Shown here one piece after another: positions 38,555 through 52,780 of a stretch of DNA of 64,000 nucleotides; the stretch's first letter is position 1, and every line of letters begins with the position of its first letter. The translations under genes were made by a program, and so were the position numbers. This DNA is from Eledone cirrhosa (taxonomy: Eukaryota), in NCBI GenBank assembly GCA_964016885.1, contig OZ024742.1, forward strand, positions 217,682,001 to 217,746,000, written 5' to 3'. The notes under the pieces are model-generated. The model saw only the letters and a program-made list of their open reading frames with translations. It did no database searches and was not told the origin of the DNA.

Positions 38555-39211
38555 AATTTCAGGGGAAAAAAAAACTTCTTTTTTTGTGTGTGCCATCAAC
38601 TAATCTGATCTCCAAGATACTCGCAATCAACTTTTTTCAGGGATGAGGTAGTGTGCCCTGCTTCTTCAAAGTTTTCTTTACAATTTAGTTGGAAACGACT
38701 AGATTTATAGAAAAAGCGGTGTGGCAAAAGGACCATTGGATTTTCTCAGATCTACACCCCTCTCACGTTTGGTGGAAAATAATTATCTTTCCTTTTTTTT
38801 TCTTCTAGATTTCTTACATTCTTGCAATCGACTATTTTCCAGGAAAACTGAAACCCTAAACCTAACGATAACCCTAATCTGGAAAAAAAAAGTCTATTGC
38901 AAGCATCTAAGAGGTCCATAAAACATCGAGGAAAGATAATTATTTACCTCCAAACGCAAAATGTGTGTAGATCTGCAAAACTCCGATGGTCTTTTTGCCT
39001 CCTTTCATCGACCTTTTTCTACAAATCTTTTCCTACTAGTTTGGAAGTAATATTCATTGATAACATACAAAATAAAATTGTAAAGAAAACTCCGAGAGGG
39101 AACTCCCCCTCCGTTCTCTATGAAAAAAGTTGATTGCAAGCATCTTGGAGTTCAGATTAGTTGACAGCACACGAAAAATCAAGGAAAATTGTTTTTTTCC
39201 CCACTGAAATT
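38555..39211. mobile_element. Paralog of the palindromic element at 24191-24826
   Basis: Same mirrored blocks and same flanks. Confidence 0.75.
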
Positions 39212-39629
39212 GCTAGGGGTGTTCTGAAATAATACATCAATTAATATTGTCTTAATAATGCCTCTTAACTAAAAATAGTAATTAGCACTATTTTTTGTCG
39301 GTCCAAAACAACTATATAGGCTTTAGGAATCAGTTTTTACCATCTTCATGTAAGTTCATCTCTTACCTTCCTGCTTTTCTTATGCCTTTTTACCTGAATA
39401 TATACGCATGGTATTGGATACATTCTGTCTAGGCTATATTAATCGATGTACTATTTTGTATGTGTGTGTGTATATATATATATATATCAATTTCTGCAAT
39501 TTCACATGTAAAGAGAGAGGTGTAGTCTGACTACCTCATACTACTCCTCTCTTTATATCTGCTACCTGCGTGAATGTATATGTGTGTAAAAGGAAGGAAG
39601 GGATAGTGAAAAAACTACGCTGTGTGTGA

Positions 39630-39725
39630 GTATGTGCGTGTGTTTGTGTGAATGAATGTGTGTGTTTGTGTGAATGAATGTGCGTGTTTGTGTGAATGAA
39701 TGTGCGTGTTTGTGTGAATGTATGT
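39630..39725. repeat. 22-bp tandem repeat (tgtgtgaatgaatgtgcgtgtt)
   Basis: About 4 tandem copies. Confidence 0.8.
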
Positions 39726-40579
39726 CTGTGAGTGTGTATTTTTGTAAGTGTGTCTGTGTTTGTGCGTGTATATTTATATACTTATACATATAAATGTTTG
39801 CACATACACACATATACACATACGCGTTAGCATATGGAAAAAAATTCTAGTATATATATATATATAATGCATTTATAAGTGTTATAAATGCATTATATAT
39901 ATATATAATGTATTTATAAGTGTTCAAAGTTTTCTTAGAGACATGTTGATGGTGGACATCTCCCACCACCCCATACCTCTTCCCAGGGAGCTTTTCCTAC
40001 CTGACTATATGATATGTTCTAATGGTGGCTAATCACAGGATTTCCCACTTGCTTTTCAACACTTCTTTATTAAAGGTCTCTTTTCCCCCCCTTATCTATG
40101 GTCATGAATCTCAGGTAATGACAAATGACAAATAGAGCTCCTCCAAACGGTCTCCAGAGTAACATTACTGGATAACATGTGTAACTTGATTGTCAAGGAT
40201 TTACTCCTTCTCTGCATCAGGAGATCACAGACCTGATACTGTGAGTAGAGTGTCCAAAAATGAGTCATTGGCCAGATTTTTCAGGCATAGTCAATCAACA
40301 GGGGACTCTGAAGTAGACCATAAGCAAGATAGTTGGATAATATCCATAATCTAGGTTTCAGATGGTTGCTTCTGATAAAACCTTCTGGAAGGTTTGTTTT
40401 AGCACATATAGTATCAAAAGTAATTGCATATACAGTGCTAACATTAACCATGTTTGTATTCCACAACGTAGTGAGGTGGCTAGAACAGCTACCTCACTAC
40501 GGTGGGGAGAACCACTTGACTATCATCAAGCAATTGCGCACTTCCTTTCATAAACTGAGTTATTAACAAAATATGAGCC

Positions 40580-40930
40580 AACCACAAGAGGCCTTCCTGC
40601 TTTTGAAAGGTAACCCAGTTAAGAGCTGCCACACTCAACATTGGCACATTGAAAGGGAGATCGAGTGAAATTGTGGAGATACATGACAGGGGATCAGTAA
40701 ATGTGTGTTGTAAGATGTGAGATGAAGGGGGTGCATCAGACAGACTCTTCACAGGAAAACAGTTTAGATACAATCTCTTACAGATAGGAAATGATGATGT
40801 GGTAGGTGGAGTAGGAATTTTACTGGTGAATATACAAATTAAATGAGGTAGTTACTATAATTGACAGAATTATCAACCTCAAAATAATCATAGACAATAG
40901 AATAACAAATTATTTCCATGTATGCACCTA
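40580..40930 (+). mobile_element. Degenerate LINE apurinic-like endonuclease fragment
   Basis: ATLNIGTLKGRSSEIVE followed by GGVGIL and YAP-like remnants. Confidence 0.5.
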
Positions 40931-41704
40931 GAATTTAGTGATACAAATGTCCTATTAGCAACACTATTTTTAGTGGGGTGGCATTAGTGTATGGCACAAG
41001 CATTTCCAATTTCCAGAGAATATTGGGTGCATTTTAATCTGGTACCAAAACTACGATAATCATTGCATTCTTTATCAGGTAGAGAGTGTCATCAATGGGA
41101 GTGGCTGGAGAGATGGAAGCATAGTGGAAGTAGAACTGTGGCAACAATGGCAGCTATATATAGCTTAATGAAGAGCGGAAAAAGAAAAGGAGTGATGACG
41201 GGTAGTATTAAAATAGAAGCTGGAGTGAAGGTGAGAGGAGGTGAATATATAGAAGAGAAGAATGATTGTTGAGGAAGAAATAGAAGGTTGATATAATTGA
41301 TTATAAATCTCTTGGCAAGGCGGTCAGCAGTGAACAGTGAAATAAAATGGTGTATAAGAAATCAGAAGGTGTTTTGATTGAAAACAAACATAGGAATTTA
41401 TTAAGTCAAGTGACAAGCATGACTAATGCAGAATATGTGACAAAGGTGTATGTGAGCGGGTCAGTGGGAAATAATGTTCAAGTCCATGAGTGTTGCAAAT
41501 ATTAGCTTTCAGTTACTCACGTTGAAGAGTAAAGTCCTTGCTTTGTATAAGAATAATGCCATGTTGCGGCATATGAAATGTGTCAGCTAGTGGTGTCCTC
41601 AGTTGCTAATGGCGATAGGAGAAGGAGCGCTGGACATGTCTTAGCAGGCTACAAACCTAGCAGCAACTGAAATGTTGGGTTTAAGTTTTCAGGCTCGTCA
41701 CACT

Positions 41705-41770
41705 TGGGCGGAAGTGACGTCACCAAGCCTTTGCGCATGTATTCACTACATCCCTTCAAGATGGTGCCCG
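41705..41770 (+). promoter_or_regulatory. Dense promoter-type motif cluster
   Basis: GCGGAAGTGACGTCA (ETS-CRE composite, 41708-41722), TGCGCATG (41732), ACTACATCCC (41745) and CAAGATGG (YY1-like, 41757). Confidence 0.45.
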
Positions 41771-42123
41771 AGCATGGACAGAGTCTGATGATACTATTAA
41801 CAGAATAAAAGAATCTTTGATTTCTTTAGTTTGAAGCTCCATCAATGTTGCCTCTTTCTGAAAAAGTAAATTTCAGTCGTTCAGTTAAATGTTTATATTT
41901 ACAGTTAATCAATATAGAAATGTAACATTTCCACAGTTGAATATCTATATTTAAATTACCCTGTATATCTTATACTGTTTCTTTATTGTTTCAGAGTATC
42001 AGATGATATTGGTATTAAAGAATTCTTTACATCAGATACATCATCAATATTTATCATCTTTTGAAGACTATAGGAAGACATTATACAAAGCAGATATTAA
42101 AAAGGAGTTAAAAAAGAGAAATT

Positions 42124-43485
42124 ATGGTAAATGAATTACTAGAGAAAGAGGTTGAGATTAAAGTGGAGCCTGAAAGAAATGATTTTCCAGATGAGGGTCT
42201 GAAAGAGACAGAAAAAACATCATACGATTGTAATGTCTCTGGTAAACCTTTCTCCAAAAGATATCAAGTCACTTCTAACAAACATATTCATACAGGAGAG
42301 AAGCGATATCACTGTCTCATCTGTGGGAAATCATTCTCTCAAAATGGTGATTTAACTAAACACATACGTATTCATACAGGAGAAAAGCCATATCACTGTG
42401 ATATATGTGGGAAATCATTCTCACAAAATGGTGATTTAACTCAACACATACGTATTCATACAGGAGAGAAGCCATATCACTGTGATACGTGTGGTAAATC
42501 ATTCTCTCAAAATCATGCATTAAATAAACACATACGTATTCATACGGGAGAGAAACCATATCAGTGTGATATGTGTGGTGAATCATTCTCTCGAAATTAT
42601 TCATTAACTAAACACAAACATATTCATACGGGAGAGAAGCCATATCACTGTGATATTTGTGGTAAATCATTCTCTCGAAATTACACATTAACTAAGCACA
42701 AACATATTCATACAGATGTGAAGCCTTTTCACTGTGATATTTGTGGTAGATCATTTTCTGAAAGCGATAGCTTTGAAGCTCACAAACGTTTGCATACAGG
42801 AGAAAGGCCATATCATTGTGATATATGCGGTAAATCATTCACTAGAAGTACTACCTTAACTAAACACAAACGTATTCATACAGTAGAGAAGCAATATCAC
42901 TGTGATATCTGTGGTAGGTCATTCTCTCACAGTGGAACCTTAACTAAACACAAACGTATTCATACAGGTGAGAAACCATATCAGTGTGATATTTGTGGGA
43001 GATCATTTTCTGGAAAAAGTGATGTCACTAAACACAAACGTGTTCATACGGGAGAGAAGAAATATCTATGTGATATCTGTGGTAAATCATTCTCTCATAC
43101 AAATGCTTTATATAGACATAAACGCATTCATACTGGAGAGAAGCCATATCACTGTGTCTTTTGTGGTAAATCATTCTCTGATAATACTCACTTAACAAAT
43201 CACATACGTACTCATACAGGTGAGAAGCCATATCAGTGTGGTATCTGTGGTAAATCTTTTACCAAAAATAGTGATTTAAATGTTCACAAACGTAGTCATA
43301 CTGGAGAGAAACCTTACCACTGTGAAATCTGTGGTAAATCATTCACTACAAATGGAAGCTTAACTATACACAAGCGTATTCATACAGTAGAAAAGCCACA
43401 TTCCTGTGATACCTGTGGTAAATCATTCTCTGATCATAGTGACCTAACTAAACACAAGGGTATTCATACTGTAGAGGAACCTTGA
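42124..43485 (+). CDS. C2H2 zinc-finger protein, 453 aa, 14 fingers plus 1 degenerate finger
   Basis: Uninterrupted ORF with paralogous N- and C-termini. Confidence 0.95.
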   Translation: MVNELLEKEVEIKVEPERNDFPDEGLKETEKTSYDCNVSGKPFSKRYQVTSNKHIHTGEKRYHCLICGKSFSQNGDLTKHIRIHTGEKPYHCDICGKSFSQNGDLTQHIRIHTGEKPYHCDTCGKSFSQNHALNKHIRIHTGEKPYQCDMCGESFSRNYSLTKHKHIHTGEKPYHCDICGKSFSRNYTLTKHKHIHTDVKPFHCDICGRSFSESDSFEAHKRLHTGERPYHCDICGKSFTRSTTLTKHKRIHTVEKQYHCDICGRSFSHSGTLTKHKRIHTGEKPYQCDICGRSFSGKSDVTKHKRVHTGEKKYLCDICGKSFSHTNALYRHKRIHTGEKPYHCVFCGKSFSDNTHLTNHIRTHTGEKPYQCGICGKSFTKNSDLNVHKRSHTGEKPYHCEICGKSFTTNGSLTIHKRIHTVEKPHSCDTCGKSFSDHSDLTKHKGIHTVEEP

Positions 43486-43953
43486 AATTACATGTCATAA
43501 TCACAAGTCACTCATACAGGAGAGAAGTTTTATCACTGTGATATCTGTGGTAAATCATTCTCATAAACATGTCTATAAGCTACAAAAGTATCCTAACCTC
43601 TCTCCACATATGCATTTAATCTATGTCACAAATTCCACCACATCTAAATGAGATTACAAAATACTCTCTTTCATGTTTATAACAACTCTTATAAATGAAC
43701 TCTACATTTCACTAATGTGTTGACAAAAACACACTCTTTGTTGTTTCAAACTTTTACTTATTCCTGTTGTTTTCCACATGGTTTTGTTGAATTCCTTGAC
43801 AGAAATAAAAACGTCTAAATGAGCAGTTTTTGTCTCTTTGTTGGTCTCTCTTAATGTATCAGGGTCTTTGTCACATTCTGCAATCACACATCAACTCATG
43901 ACAATATATATGACCAATGTGCACCAACTCATACATTTCTGATATATATATAT

Positions 43954-44097
43954 GGAGGCACATGGCTTAGTGGTTAGAACATTGGCCTTGCAATCGAAAG
44001 GTTGTGAGTTGAATTCTCAGACCGGGTGATGTGTTGTTTCCTTGAGCAAGACACTTTATTTCACATTGCTCCAGTTTACTCAGTTGTAGAAATGAGA
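43954..44097 (+). mobile_element. tRNA-derived SINE, second family
   Basis: A box tggcttagtggttag and a B-box-like gagttgaattc. Inverted copy at 12580-12725. Confidence 0.75.
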
Positions 44098-44427
44098 TGA
44101 TAGGACTGCAGTCCCTATCATTCCACTGCAAAGTGGTCGTGGAGGTGCCACGGCAAAAAAGCACCCAGCCCACACTGTAAAGTGGACATGTAGGCGCCAC
44201 GGAAACAAAAGCACCCAGCACTCACTGTAAATGAGGTTGGTGTTAGGAAGGGCATCCAGCTGTAGAAATCGAGCCAGAATCAGTCCCGTCCCACTCTTGC
44301 AAGCAGGGAAAAGCGGACGTAAAATGATGATGATGATGATATGTGTGTTAAGTATTTCCATAGTAAAGGTATATATATATATATGTATGTGTATATATAT
44401 ATGTATGTATGTATATATCTATATCTA

Positions 44428-44475
<48 letters not shown>

Positions 44476-45248
44476 AGAGATTGTTGAAGTTTGCTTGAAG
44501 CATTGTGGAATAATATAAATGGTCGTTTTGGAAGCCTTAACAATGCAGATGGGTAAAGAATCAGGTGGTAATCAGAGAGATATGTAAGATGAAGCGTAGA
44601 AAGAGATGTATAGAGCGTCAAGGAACGTAGGAAAAGTGTAATAACACGAGATAGTTACCTTGGAAGGGATTTAATCGTCCTTATATTTCGGATTTCGCAT
44701 CCATCAACTGGGGGTTTTCCGAGGGGCTAAAGTTTTGTCAGAGAGGGACAACACGTGGCCTCTTTTGTTACCGTGTGTGTACAACTTGTTATGTGTGCGT
44801 GCGGAATTGTTGCGGTCAGATAAAAGTCGAGGCAGTTCTATACTAGAGTAGTGGGGTGGTGATGTGTCAATGTGTACGCATCTTTGCTGTCAATTCCTTA
44901 CGTTCAGTCTGTGATAGTGGGGATCACTAACTGGCATGGTGTTGGTGGTCTGCCTGCTTGTCTGTCGGTCGGTGGGTGGTCGGCACGATATACACACAAT
45001 AACAATCGCTTGATTGTTACTGTGTGTGTGTGTTGTTGTTCCATTTGTTTACACCAGCCAACTCATTTCACTTCTCTCGGATCGATTATTGAATTGTGGT
45101 CCGAGGTGTTTGATCCACCCACCAACCACGAACTCAACACTAGACTCATCAGGCTGAAACACTCTATCTCTGACATCCTACATAAACACACACACACACA
45201 TGCACAACACACAACCTCACTAAATCTCAACTCCCCACTCTCACCGAC

Positions 45249-46900
45249 TTGAAAGCGAGGAACCTCATCTACCTCCCCTCCGACAAGGGAAAGGAATTCT
45301 GCATCATCAACAGAGAGGCCTACAACACCCTAGCTCTCCAACATCTTGATGATGACAGCCTTTACTCAAAGGTCACAGGGATCATTCCCACGCAGATTGA
45401 GGAGCATATCAACGCCACTTGGACCAACATCTGCGACCGGTGGAAACTCCCGAAGAAGCTTAGAAACAACCTCCTCACGAGGAACAGTAGACTATCCGCC
45501 TTCTATCACTTCGTGAAAATCCACACACAGGGACTCGACCTGAAAATCAGGCCTATTGTATCGAGTGTGGAAGGATCGCTCTACAAAATTTCATGGCTCC
45601 TAGCCAAAATACTTAAACCCCTACTGAATACTCTGCCGGGACATGTCAAGAGTTCCAAGGAGGTTACAGAGTGTTTACACCAAATGGATCCCGACACCCG
45701 TAGGGATAACAGGTATGCTTTCAGCCTTGATGTGGTCACTCTGTACACCTCGGTTCTGGCACTCCTGGCCATTGACATACTGACAGAATGTGTCCAGTCT
45801 ACCAACCTATACTGCTTCGAGTTCACCCCCACTGACATCCACCAGCTCCTATTCGTTGTCGTTGACAACACATATTTCAATTTTCTTGACCACACTTACC
45901 GGCAGACCTCAGGCTAATCCATGGGTTCAAGCCTGTCAGGTGTGCTAGCGATCTCGTATATGGACAACCTTCACCGCAAGGCACTCAACACCTGCCATCC
46001 CAACGCTGTCGTCTTCTCAAGATATGTAGATGACATCCTCATCCTTACATCCCAGGAGATGCCGAACGGGATTTATGAGACGTTCAGCAACACAGACGAG
46101 AGTATTGACTTCAGTATTGAACACCCCAATGACGACGGATCCCTTGCCCTCCTCGACTTCTGAATTAACATCACGGAACAGGGAGGGATCAACACCAACT
46201 TTTACCGCAAGGCGGCCTGCAGGTACTTGTTTGTCCACTACAAATCTGCCCTCCCTAACAGTGCTAAAAGAGGGTACATCACGAATGAGATCACGCAGAT
46301 TAAAAATAGATGCATTGATCCCGTGAGTGGTGTCGCCCACACCAAGCGATTCCACAGGGTGCTGGAGACGAATGGATACCCAACATCATTTACAAGCAGA
46401 GTAAGGGATGCCAGACGTAAGATACAGAGAAACACTGAAGGCAAGTGCTTCCTTAAGATCCCGCACCTGGGCAAGAAAACCACTAATGCTATCCACAGGG
46501 CCATATGGAGGGGGTCTTGACATCCACTTGGCCCACTCGGGACCCTCCTTACGGAGATACCTCTCCAGGAAACCTGAGAAATTGGTTGACACATATTCGC
46601 TCACCAACTGTCCGATGCGCCAGATGAACTGTTGCTTACGCACATACGTCTTATACAAGATTGAATGTGGCTAAATTGGTAGCACCATCTGGCCACTACA
46701 CATCCGGATCAAAGAACACATTAACACTAGGGCCTCGTCTTTCCGGAAACACATAATCAAATGAAGGCCCATTGTCACAGTGTTAGCGACGGAACGGAAT
46801 GTTGGCACTTTAAGGATCAAGAAGGCACTCTGTATCAAACGCCTTGGACTACGAATCAATAATCAAGCCGAGAGTGTTGTTGATATCAGTGATACCGACA
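45249..46900 (+). mobile_element. Penelope-like element, RT plus degenerate GIY-YIG region, pseudogenised
   Basis: PSDKGKEFCI, KIH...IRPIVS, SLDVVTLYTSV, MGSSLS, RYVDDIL and SIEHPNDDGSLALLD. Stops and frameshifts are present. Confidence 0.9.
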
Positions 46901-47089
46901 ACACTCTTATATGGCTCAGAGTCATGGACACTTTACCATACTTACTTCTTCTGAATGAGTGGGTATGGGCATACCACTGAGTCTTTAAATTGTTGGAAAT
47001 CATTCCGATATAAGTCTTTTTGTGGTTGTCACCAATGCCTGAGATGACATCACATTTATATTCAATGTCATTTGTCAGGCATTTGTTTT

Positions 47090-47129
<40 letters not shown>

Positions 47130-47614
47130 TTAATCATATTACGACTATTGATATCATTTTCCATATATGGTAGCTGGAAAATATTCAGCTATTTTAAAAA
47201 GAATATTAGTTTCTTGATTTTTTCATAGCAAGAATTTGTTCCCCCTGCTTCACTTAATGATGTAATTCTCCTTGCATATATTTTGCTCATCTCAGAGAAC
47301 ATCATCACATTCTACCTTTATGTCTTCCTATTTTCTAAAGGCAATATTTGGTCATATTTTTTTTAAATATTTACTTCTGCACACACAAATTGATTATTTT
47401 CAGTTTCAGATGATCCTGCTTAGGGTGAAAGCAAAAATTGTTTGCTTAAACATTTAATTTGTATTAATAGTCAATATTAGCTCTACGAGGTAGGGTTTAT
47501 ATATACTTATATATATATATATATATACAACCCTCATCGAGTCCTCTCTGGATTTAGGTCTTTGTATTTATTATTATTACTACTATACAGCTGTACATGT
47601 TAGCAGTAGTATAG

Positions 47615-48090
47615 TATGTAAGGCAATCAAGGATATGAAGACAGGCAAGGCAGCTGGACTTTCAGGGATAGTTGCTGAGATGCTGAAAGCATCAGGAATG
47701 GTGGATCACACCATAGTCCCCTGTATTTTAAACCAAGTAATACAAAATGGTGTCATACCCAATGACTGGCATAGCAGCATTATCATCAACTGCTACAAAG
47801 GGCAAAGTAGATTCTCTAGACATAAAATTATAGAGGCATTAAGTTTGTTGACCAGGTTATGAAGGTCACAGAAAGAATTATAGCACACTGAATTGGGATC
47901 AAGTTAACCTAGATGAAATGCAGTTTGGATTTTTGCCAGGTAAAAAGTATCACAGATGCCCTCTTCCTTGTGAGGAAACTGCAGAAGTACCTAGCTAAAA
48001 GTAAACCCCTCTACTTGGCTTTTGGGTGGGCTCTTAGGAAACTAGGAGTGCATAAGTGGCTTGTAAGTGCTGTACAAGCCATGTATTGAG
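47615..48090 (+). mobile_element. RTE LINE fragment
   Basis: MKTGKAAGLSGIVAEMLK, IPNDW and QFGFLPGK. Confidence 0.75.
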
Positions 48091-48189
48091 GAACAGTTAA
48101 ATTTTCATTACCCTAACTTTATTAAAAATACCTAAAACCGCATTTTTCCTAATGTGTTGTAAACTTTTGCGGGGCACTGTATATATATG

Positions 48190-50050
48190 TAAAAAAGAGT
48201 AACAAGGCAAACGACACAGTACAATGAAGAAATATATTAGTTTTACACTTGATATAGTAGGGAAAGAGTCTCAACCTTTCGGACGCCAGTCCTTTATTAG
48301 AAGATAGAATGGGAAATAAAAAAATAGGAAGATTGGGGAGACGGAACGGAAAAAAAAGTTTTTGGAGAAAAATAACAGGTCCATTCAGGTTGATGTTGGC
48401 GTTTTGTGTATGATATACTTTTTTTTGAGAGGTGATGATGGGGCACGTCTATCTGAAAGGGGGGGGGGGGGGGGGCGTTTTGTATAGAGAGCTGTACCTG
48501 TGCGCGGGCGTATATATGTGTGTGTGACTGTGTGTAATATTATGCGTCAGTATGAAGATAAGACGATATGTAAGTAAAAAGGTTTGTGTATGCGTGTGCT
48601 TGTAAGTACGAAGCTGTGAGCAAAAATATATGCATATAAGTGAGTGTGTGTGTGTGTACGGAGCTGTGAAGGTAAATGTAGAGGTGTGTGTGCATATTTT
48701 GTTTGTCTGTACAAGCTGTAAGAGTATATTTCTGACCATAACAGAGTCACAGGAACCTAAGTGGTGAATGTATGTGAGCGTATGGGACAACAGATGGGGT
48801 AAACGTGACAGTAGTAATGAAAAATCCGACTCTGCTCTGTCCGGGTGTGCAAGGCCTCTGATCCGTGATGTAAAAGGACACCACCAAGACATGTAGGGAA
48901 GAGTGGCCTAGAGAACGGAAATGACAAGCGACGGAAGTATCCATACCAGTCATATGTCCCTCAAAAGTTCAGCAAAACAGTCCGTCAAACAGCGTTCTAT
49001 TTTTCCAATGTGTAAGGGCCCGCAAAGGAAACACCAGAGAGCATAGACTACATTGGTGGAGGTGCAGGTGAAGGAGTAGCGGATACAGAATGAACCATTG
49101 GTGTCAGAGTGGTGAGGTTAGAAATAAAGGGACAGGTGTTACAGCAGGGACGAGAACAGAGGTGAGAGCCGAGTGGAGTCCTAAGAGAAGAAAGGAAGGA
49201 ACTATGTACCAGGAGGGCTCAGAGATTACGGGCACGCTCAAATGCGGTGATAGGTGGGTTTGGAAAAAAGCGAGTAGTTACAGGGTCAGAAGAAAGGGTG
49301 CGGAAGCAAAGGAGAATATGTTGCCATGGAGAATATGGGTCATGGGATGGTAAGTGAGAGGGAAAGGAAAGCGATGGTGGGATGTGAGGGTTGTGATACA
49401 GTCGGTTTCACGGGCACATGTGGAGGGGGGATACCCACGCTGAAGTAAGCAGGCAGCCATGCCCCCCCTAGTAACCGACCTCCCCTCCTACATCTATGAC
49501 ACTAATCATGCCCTTCAACTATTTGGCTCCTCTTCCTCTTCTGACCCCCCTCGCCTTCTCTTTACAATGGACATCAATTCTTTTTATACCGTTATCATTC
49601 ACGATGACGATCTCCACACTCTCCGACATTTTTTTGGCTTACGCCCTACCCCCTATCTTAGTAATTCTATTCTTCTCCTCTTGCTGAGCTCGTTCTTACT
49701 GTTAATGGTTTTTCCTGTTTTGAGAGTTGTATCAATAAGTCTCTCAGGTAGCCATTGGAACAAGAATGGTCTCTAACTACACCAACTTGTTTGTTGCCTA
49801 TGTTGAGGCCATGATTTTCATCCAGTACACTGGTCTGACCCCCGAGCTATATGGTTGTTACATTGATAACTGTATCGGCACCACCTCTCTCTCCCATGAA
49901 CAGCTTGACTCCTTTCTTTTGTCCAGTCTTTTCATCCTGCCCTCACCTTCTCCACCTCTGTCTCCAACTCTTCTATCAGTTTTCTTGACGTCTCTCTATC
50001 TATTGATCACACGCACCACACACTCTCTACCTCCATCTTCTATGCTGAGA
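48190..50050. mobile_element. Decayed Penelope-like element with an internal inversion at about 49457
   Basis: Plus strand 49459-50040 has RT motifs (LPSYIYDT, LFTMDINSFYT, YIDNC, FLD). Minus strand 48830-49457 has the C-terminal and GIY-YIG part (FTCTSTNVVY...HIG). A degenerate hammerhead lies near 48270-48305. Confidence 0.7.
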
Positions 50051-50663
50051 CCAAGGAGACCACAAATCATGGGAGTACTCAATGCATAGGGAGATGCAGA
50101 GTGGGTAACTACACTTCTGAAAGACTTCCTGAACACATAAGCTGAAACCAATTGGAGCCACTGTTGGGATTTTACATATGTACACGAAGACACTGGAAGT
50201 ATTAGCAGCAGAGGTGGTAGTAAATAAGACAAGAGAAAAGAGCAGTGTGATACGTCTGTATGGGGTGGTGGTCAACCTGAAAAGAACAACCTGGTGGGAA
50301 CAGCAGCAGTAGGCGAGAAGTCAGTGGAAGTATCAGCAGCAGTGGTGGCAGCAATATGGGAGAGAGGTGACAGAGGGAGATAGGAAGGAAGGGAAAGAGA
50401 CAAAAATAGATATATAGGAAGAGAGAGAAAGAGAGACAAAAATAAGTAGATAACAATAATTGTTTCTACTTTTGGCACATGGCCAGCGATTATCCAGTGC
50501 ATTACTGGTACTTTATATATATATTTAATATTAGCACAGATATAAAGTTTCAGGAAACAATTTCTGTTTTTACCTAGCTCCTATTCCCGTAGTAGAGCAC
50601 TTTCCGACCCTACCACGCCTTATCCTGACTTTTCCGCTAAGCTCAAGTTCTTTCACCCGCACC

Positions 50664-52780
50664 ATGCGAAAACACAACATCGACTTCTCCACCAAGAACA
50701 TCCCAGTCCCACCGAGAAAACTCTACCTTCGGATGCTCACGCAAAAAATCGACCTCTTTGCGAAAAGACTAAGATGGAGAACTTTTTTCTACGACAGATA
50801 TTGCGACAATCATGACTTCGATACCAAGGAGAGATTCGGATTTAATACCTACAAATATCCCCCTCCGAACCCTATGCTTTCACGCTTCGAGAATGACCTT
50901 TTCCAACTGGTCAAGAGCATTAAATTCAAACCCAGACACAACAGATACCTACAAAAACTCCGTAGCAATTTAACAGAGTATGAAATCACCAATGACATCG
51001 TGGTGCACTCGGATAAAACTGGTAACCTCTACTTCGTCAACCTCGACAGATACCACACACTGATCAGGAGCAGCCTAAACTCCACCTATAAAAAGGCTAA
51101 CCCCTCAAGCATCGAGGACATAAATCGAGATGGACAACAAATTACCTCCAGTCTCGAGGTCGCCGACCGCACGGAACCCCTAGACCCACGGACTCCCTAC
51201 TTCACACTGAAGGACCACTTCGACCGTAAACCATCTATCAGGCTTATAAACCCAACGAAGTCCGACATAGGGAGAATCAGTAAAAAAATCCTAGACCGCG
51301 TTATACCAAAAGTTAAGCAAAACGCCAGACTTAGCGTATGGGTCAACACCCAGGAAGTAATCTCATGGTTCAGTAATATGAAGGACAAACGAGAGACAAA
51401 ATTCACCCAGTTTGACATAGAGAGTTACTATGCTTCAATTACCTTACCGCTCCTTACGGCCGCCTTGGACTTTGCCGAGACACTTGCGCCCATCACCGAC
51501 CAGGAAAGAAATATCATCCTCCACGCCAGGAAGACAGTCCTACTTTTCGACAACTCCAAATGGATAAAGAGAGCTCCCGACTCCCCCTTCGGGCGCGACG
51601 GATTCGGTTGAGGTCACAGATCTTATAGGATTATTCCTACTATTTAAACTCACCGATATGTTTCCTGCATTCGGCGGTGGATTGTACCGTGATGATGAGC
51701 TCCTTACTCTCAAAGTGTACAACCCTAGTAGTACAGACCGGGTCTGTAAACAATTAATCAGCTTCTCCCGCGACTGGGGATTTAAAATAACCCTACAAAC
51801 GTCCCTATCCCGAGTAAACTTCCTGGACGTTACCCTTAACCTCGATAACGATCTGTACTACCCATACAGGAAACCAAACGACAACTGCACTACATCCACC
51901 GCCGGTCGAACCATCCTAGAAACATCACCAATAACCTGGTTAAAAACATCTCCCTCCGCATATCTCGTTTGTCCGCTAATGAGCAGATATTCGAGGAACA
52001 TGCGCCTTATTACAACCAGGCCCTCAAGCGGAGTGGCTTCCGGGAGGAATTATCCTATTGTCCAGCTTCCATTAGCGGAACCAGCAGGCGACACCGCCGC
52101 TCACGCAACGTAACGTGGTTCAATCCTCCCCACAATGCCGAGGTGACAACACCTATCGGGAAAATCTTTTTTAGGCTCATCGAAAAACACTTCCCACTAC
52201 AACATCGCTACCACAACATAATCAACAAAAATACCATCAAACTCTCCTACAGCACCACACATAACTTTGCACAAAACATTGTCTCCTCTAACAACAAAAA
52301 ACTCAACCCTTATGGAAGAAATAACCTAAATAGCAGTGGAAAGCCGACCAGGAGGTGTAACTGTCCTGATGGATCCCTTTGCCCCATCGACAACAGATGC
52401 AGAGATCGTAATGTGATCTATCAGTGCAACATGAGGACGGACACCTCCAACAAAGCTTATATAGGATTAACCGCTTGTGACTTCAAGACCCGGCTATACC
52501 AACACAGACATACTTTCCGAAACCCGGCCCGGCGTCACGCCACTACACTTTCGGGCCACATCTGGGACCTCAAAGATAACAATATAACCTAAAATCTCAC
52601 TTGGAGCTTACTGTCCAGAGTCAACTCTTACACGGGAGGACGCCGTCCGTGTAACTTATGCTCGGAGGAAACATTACAAATGCTGTTTTCGACGGCCAAC
52701 TCCTAAACAAGAAAGACGAACTGGTAACTGCATGCAAACAGAGATTGCGTAGGACTTACCTCGCCCTCAAACCCCATAAT
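50664..52780 (+). mobile_element. Penelope-like element, near full length, frameshifted
   Basis: FSTKNIPVP, SDKTGNLY, RLINPTKSDIGRISK, FDIESYY, LYRDD, NFLDVTL, WFNPP and the GIY-YIG motifs VIYQC...AYIGLT...FKTR. Confidence 0.93.

Noticed and set aside
44680-44715. Possible minus-strand hammerhead (TTGATGGAT...ATCCGAAATAT) upstream of a Penelope element
   Set aside because: The core departs too far from CUGANGA and stem I is weak.
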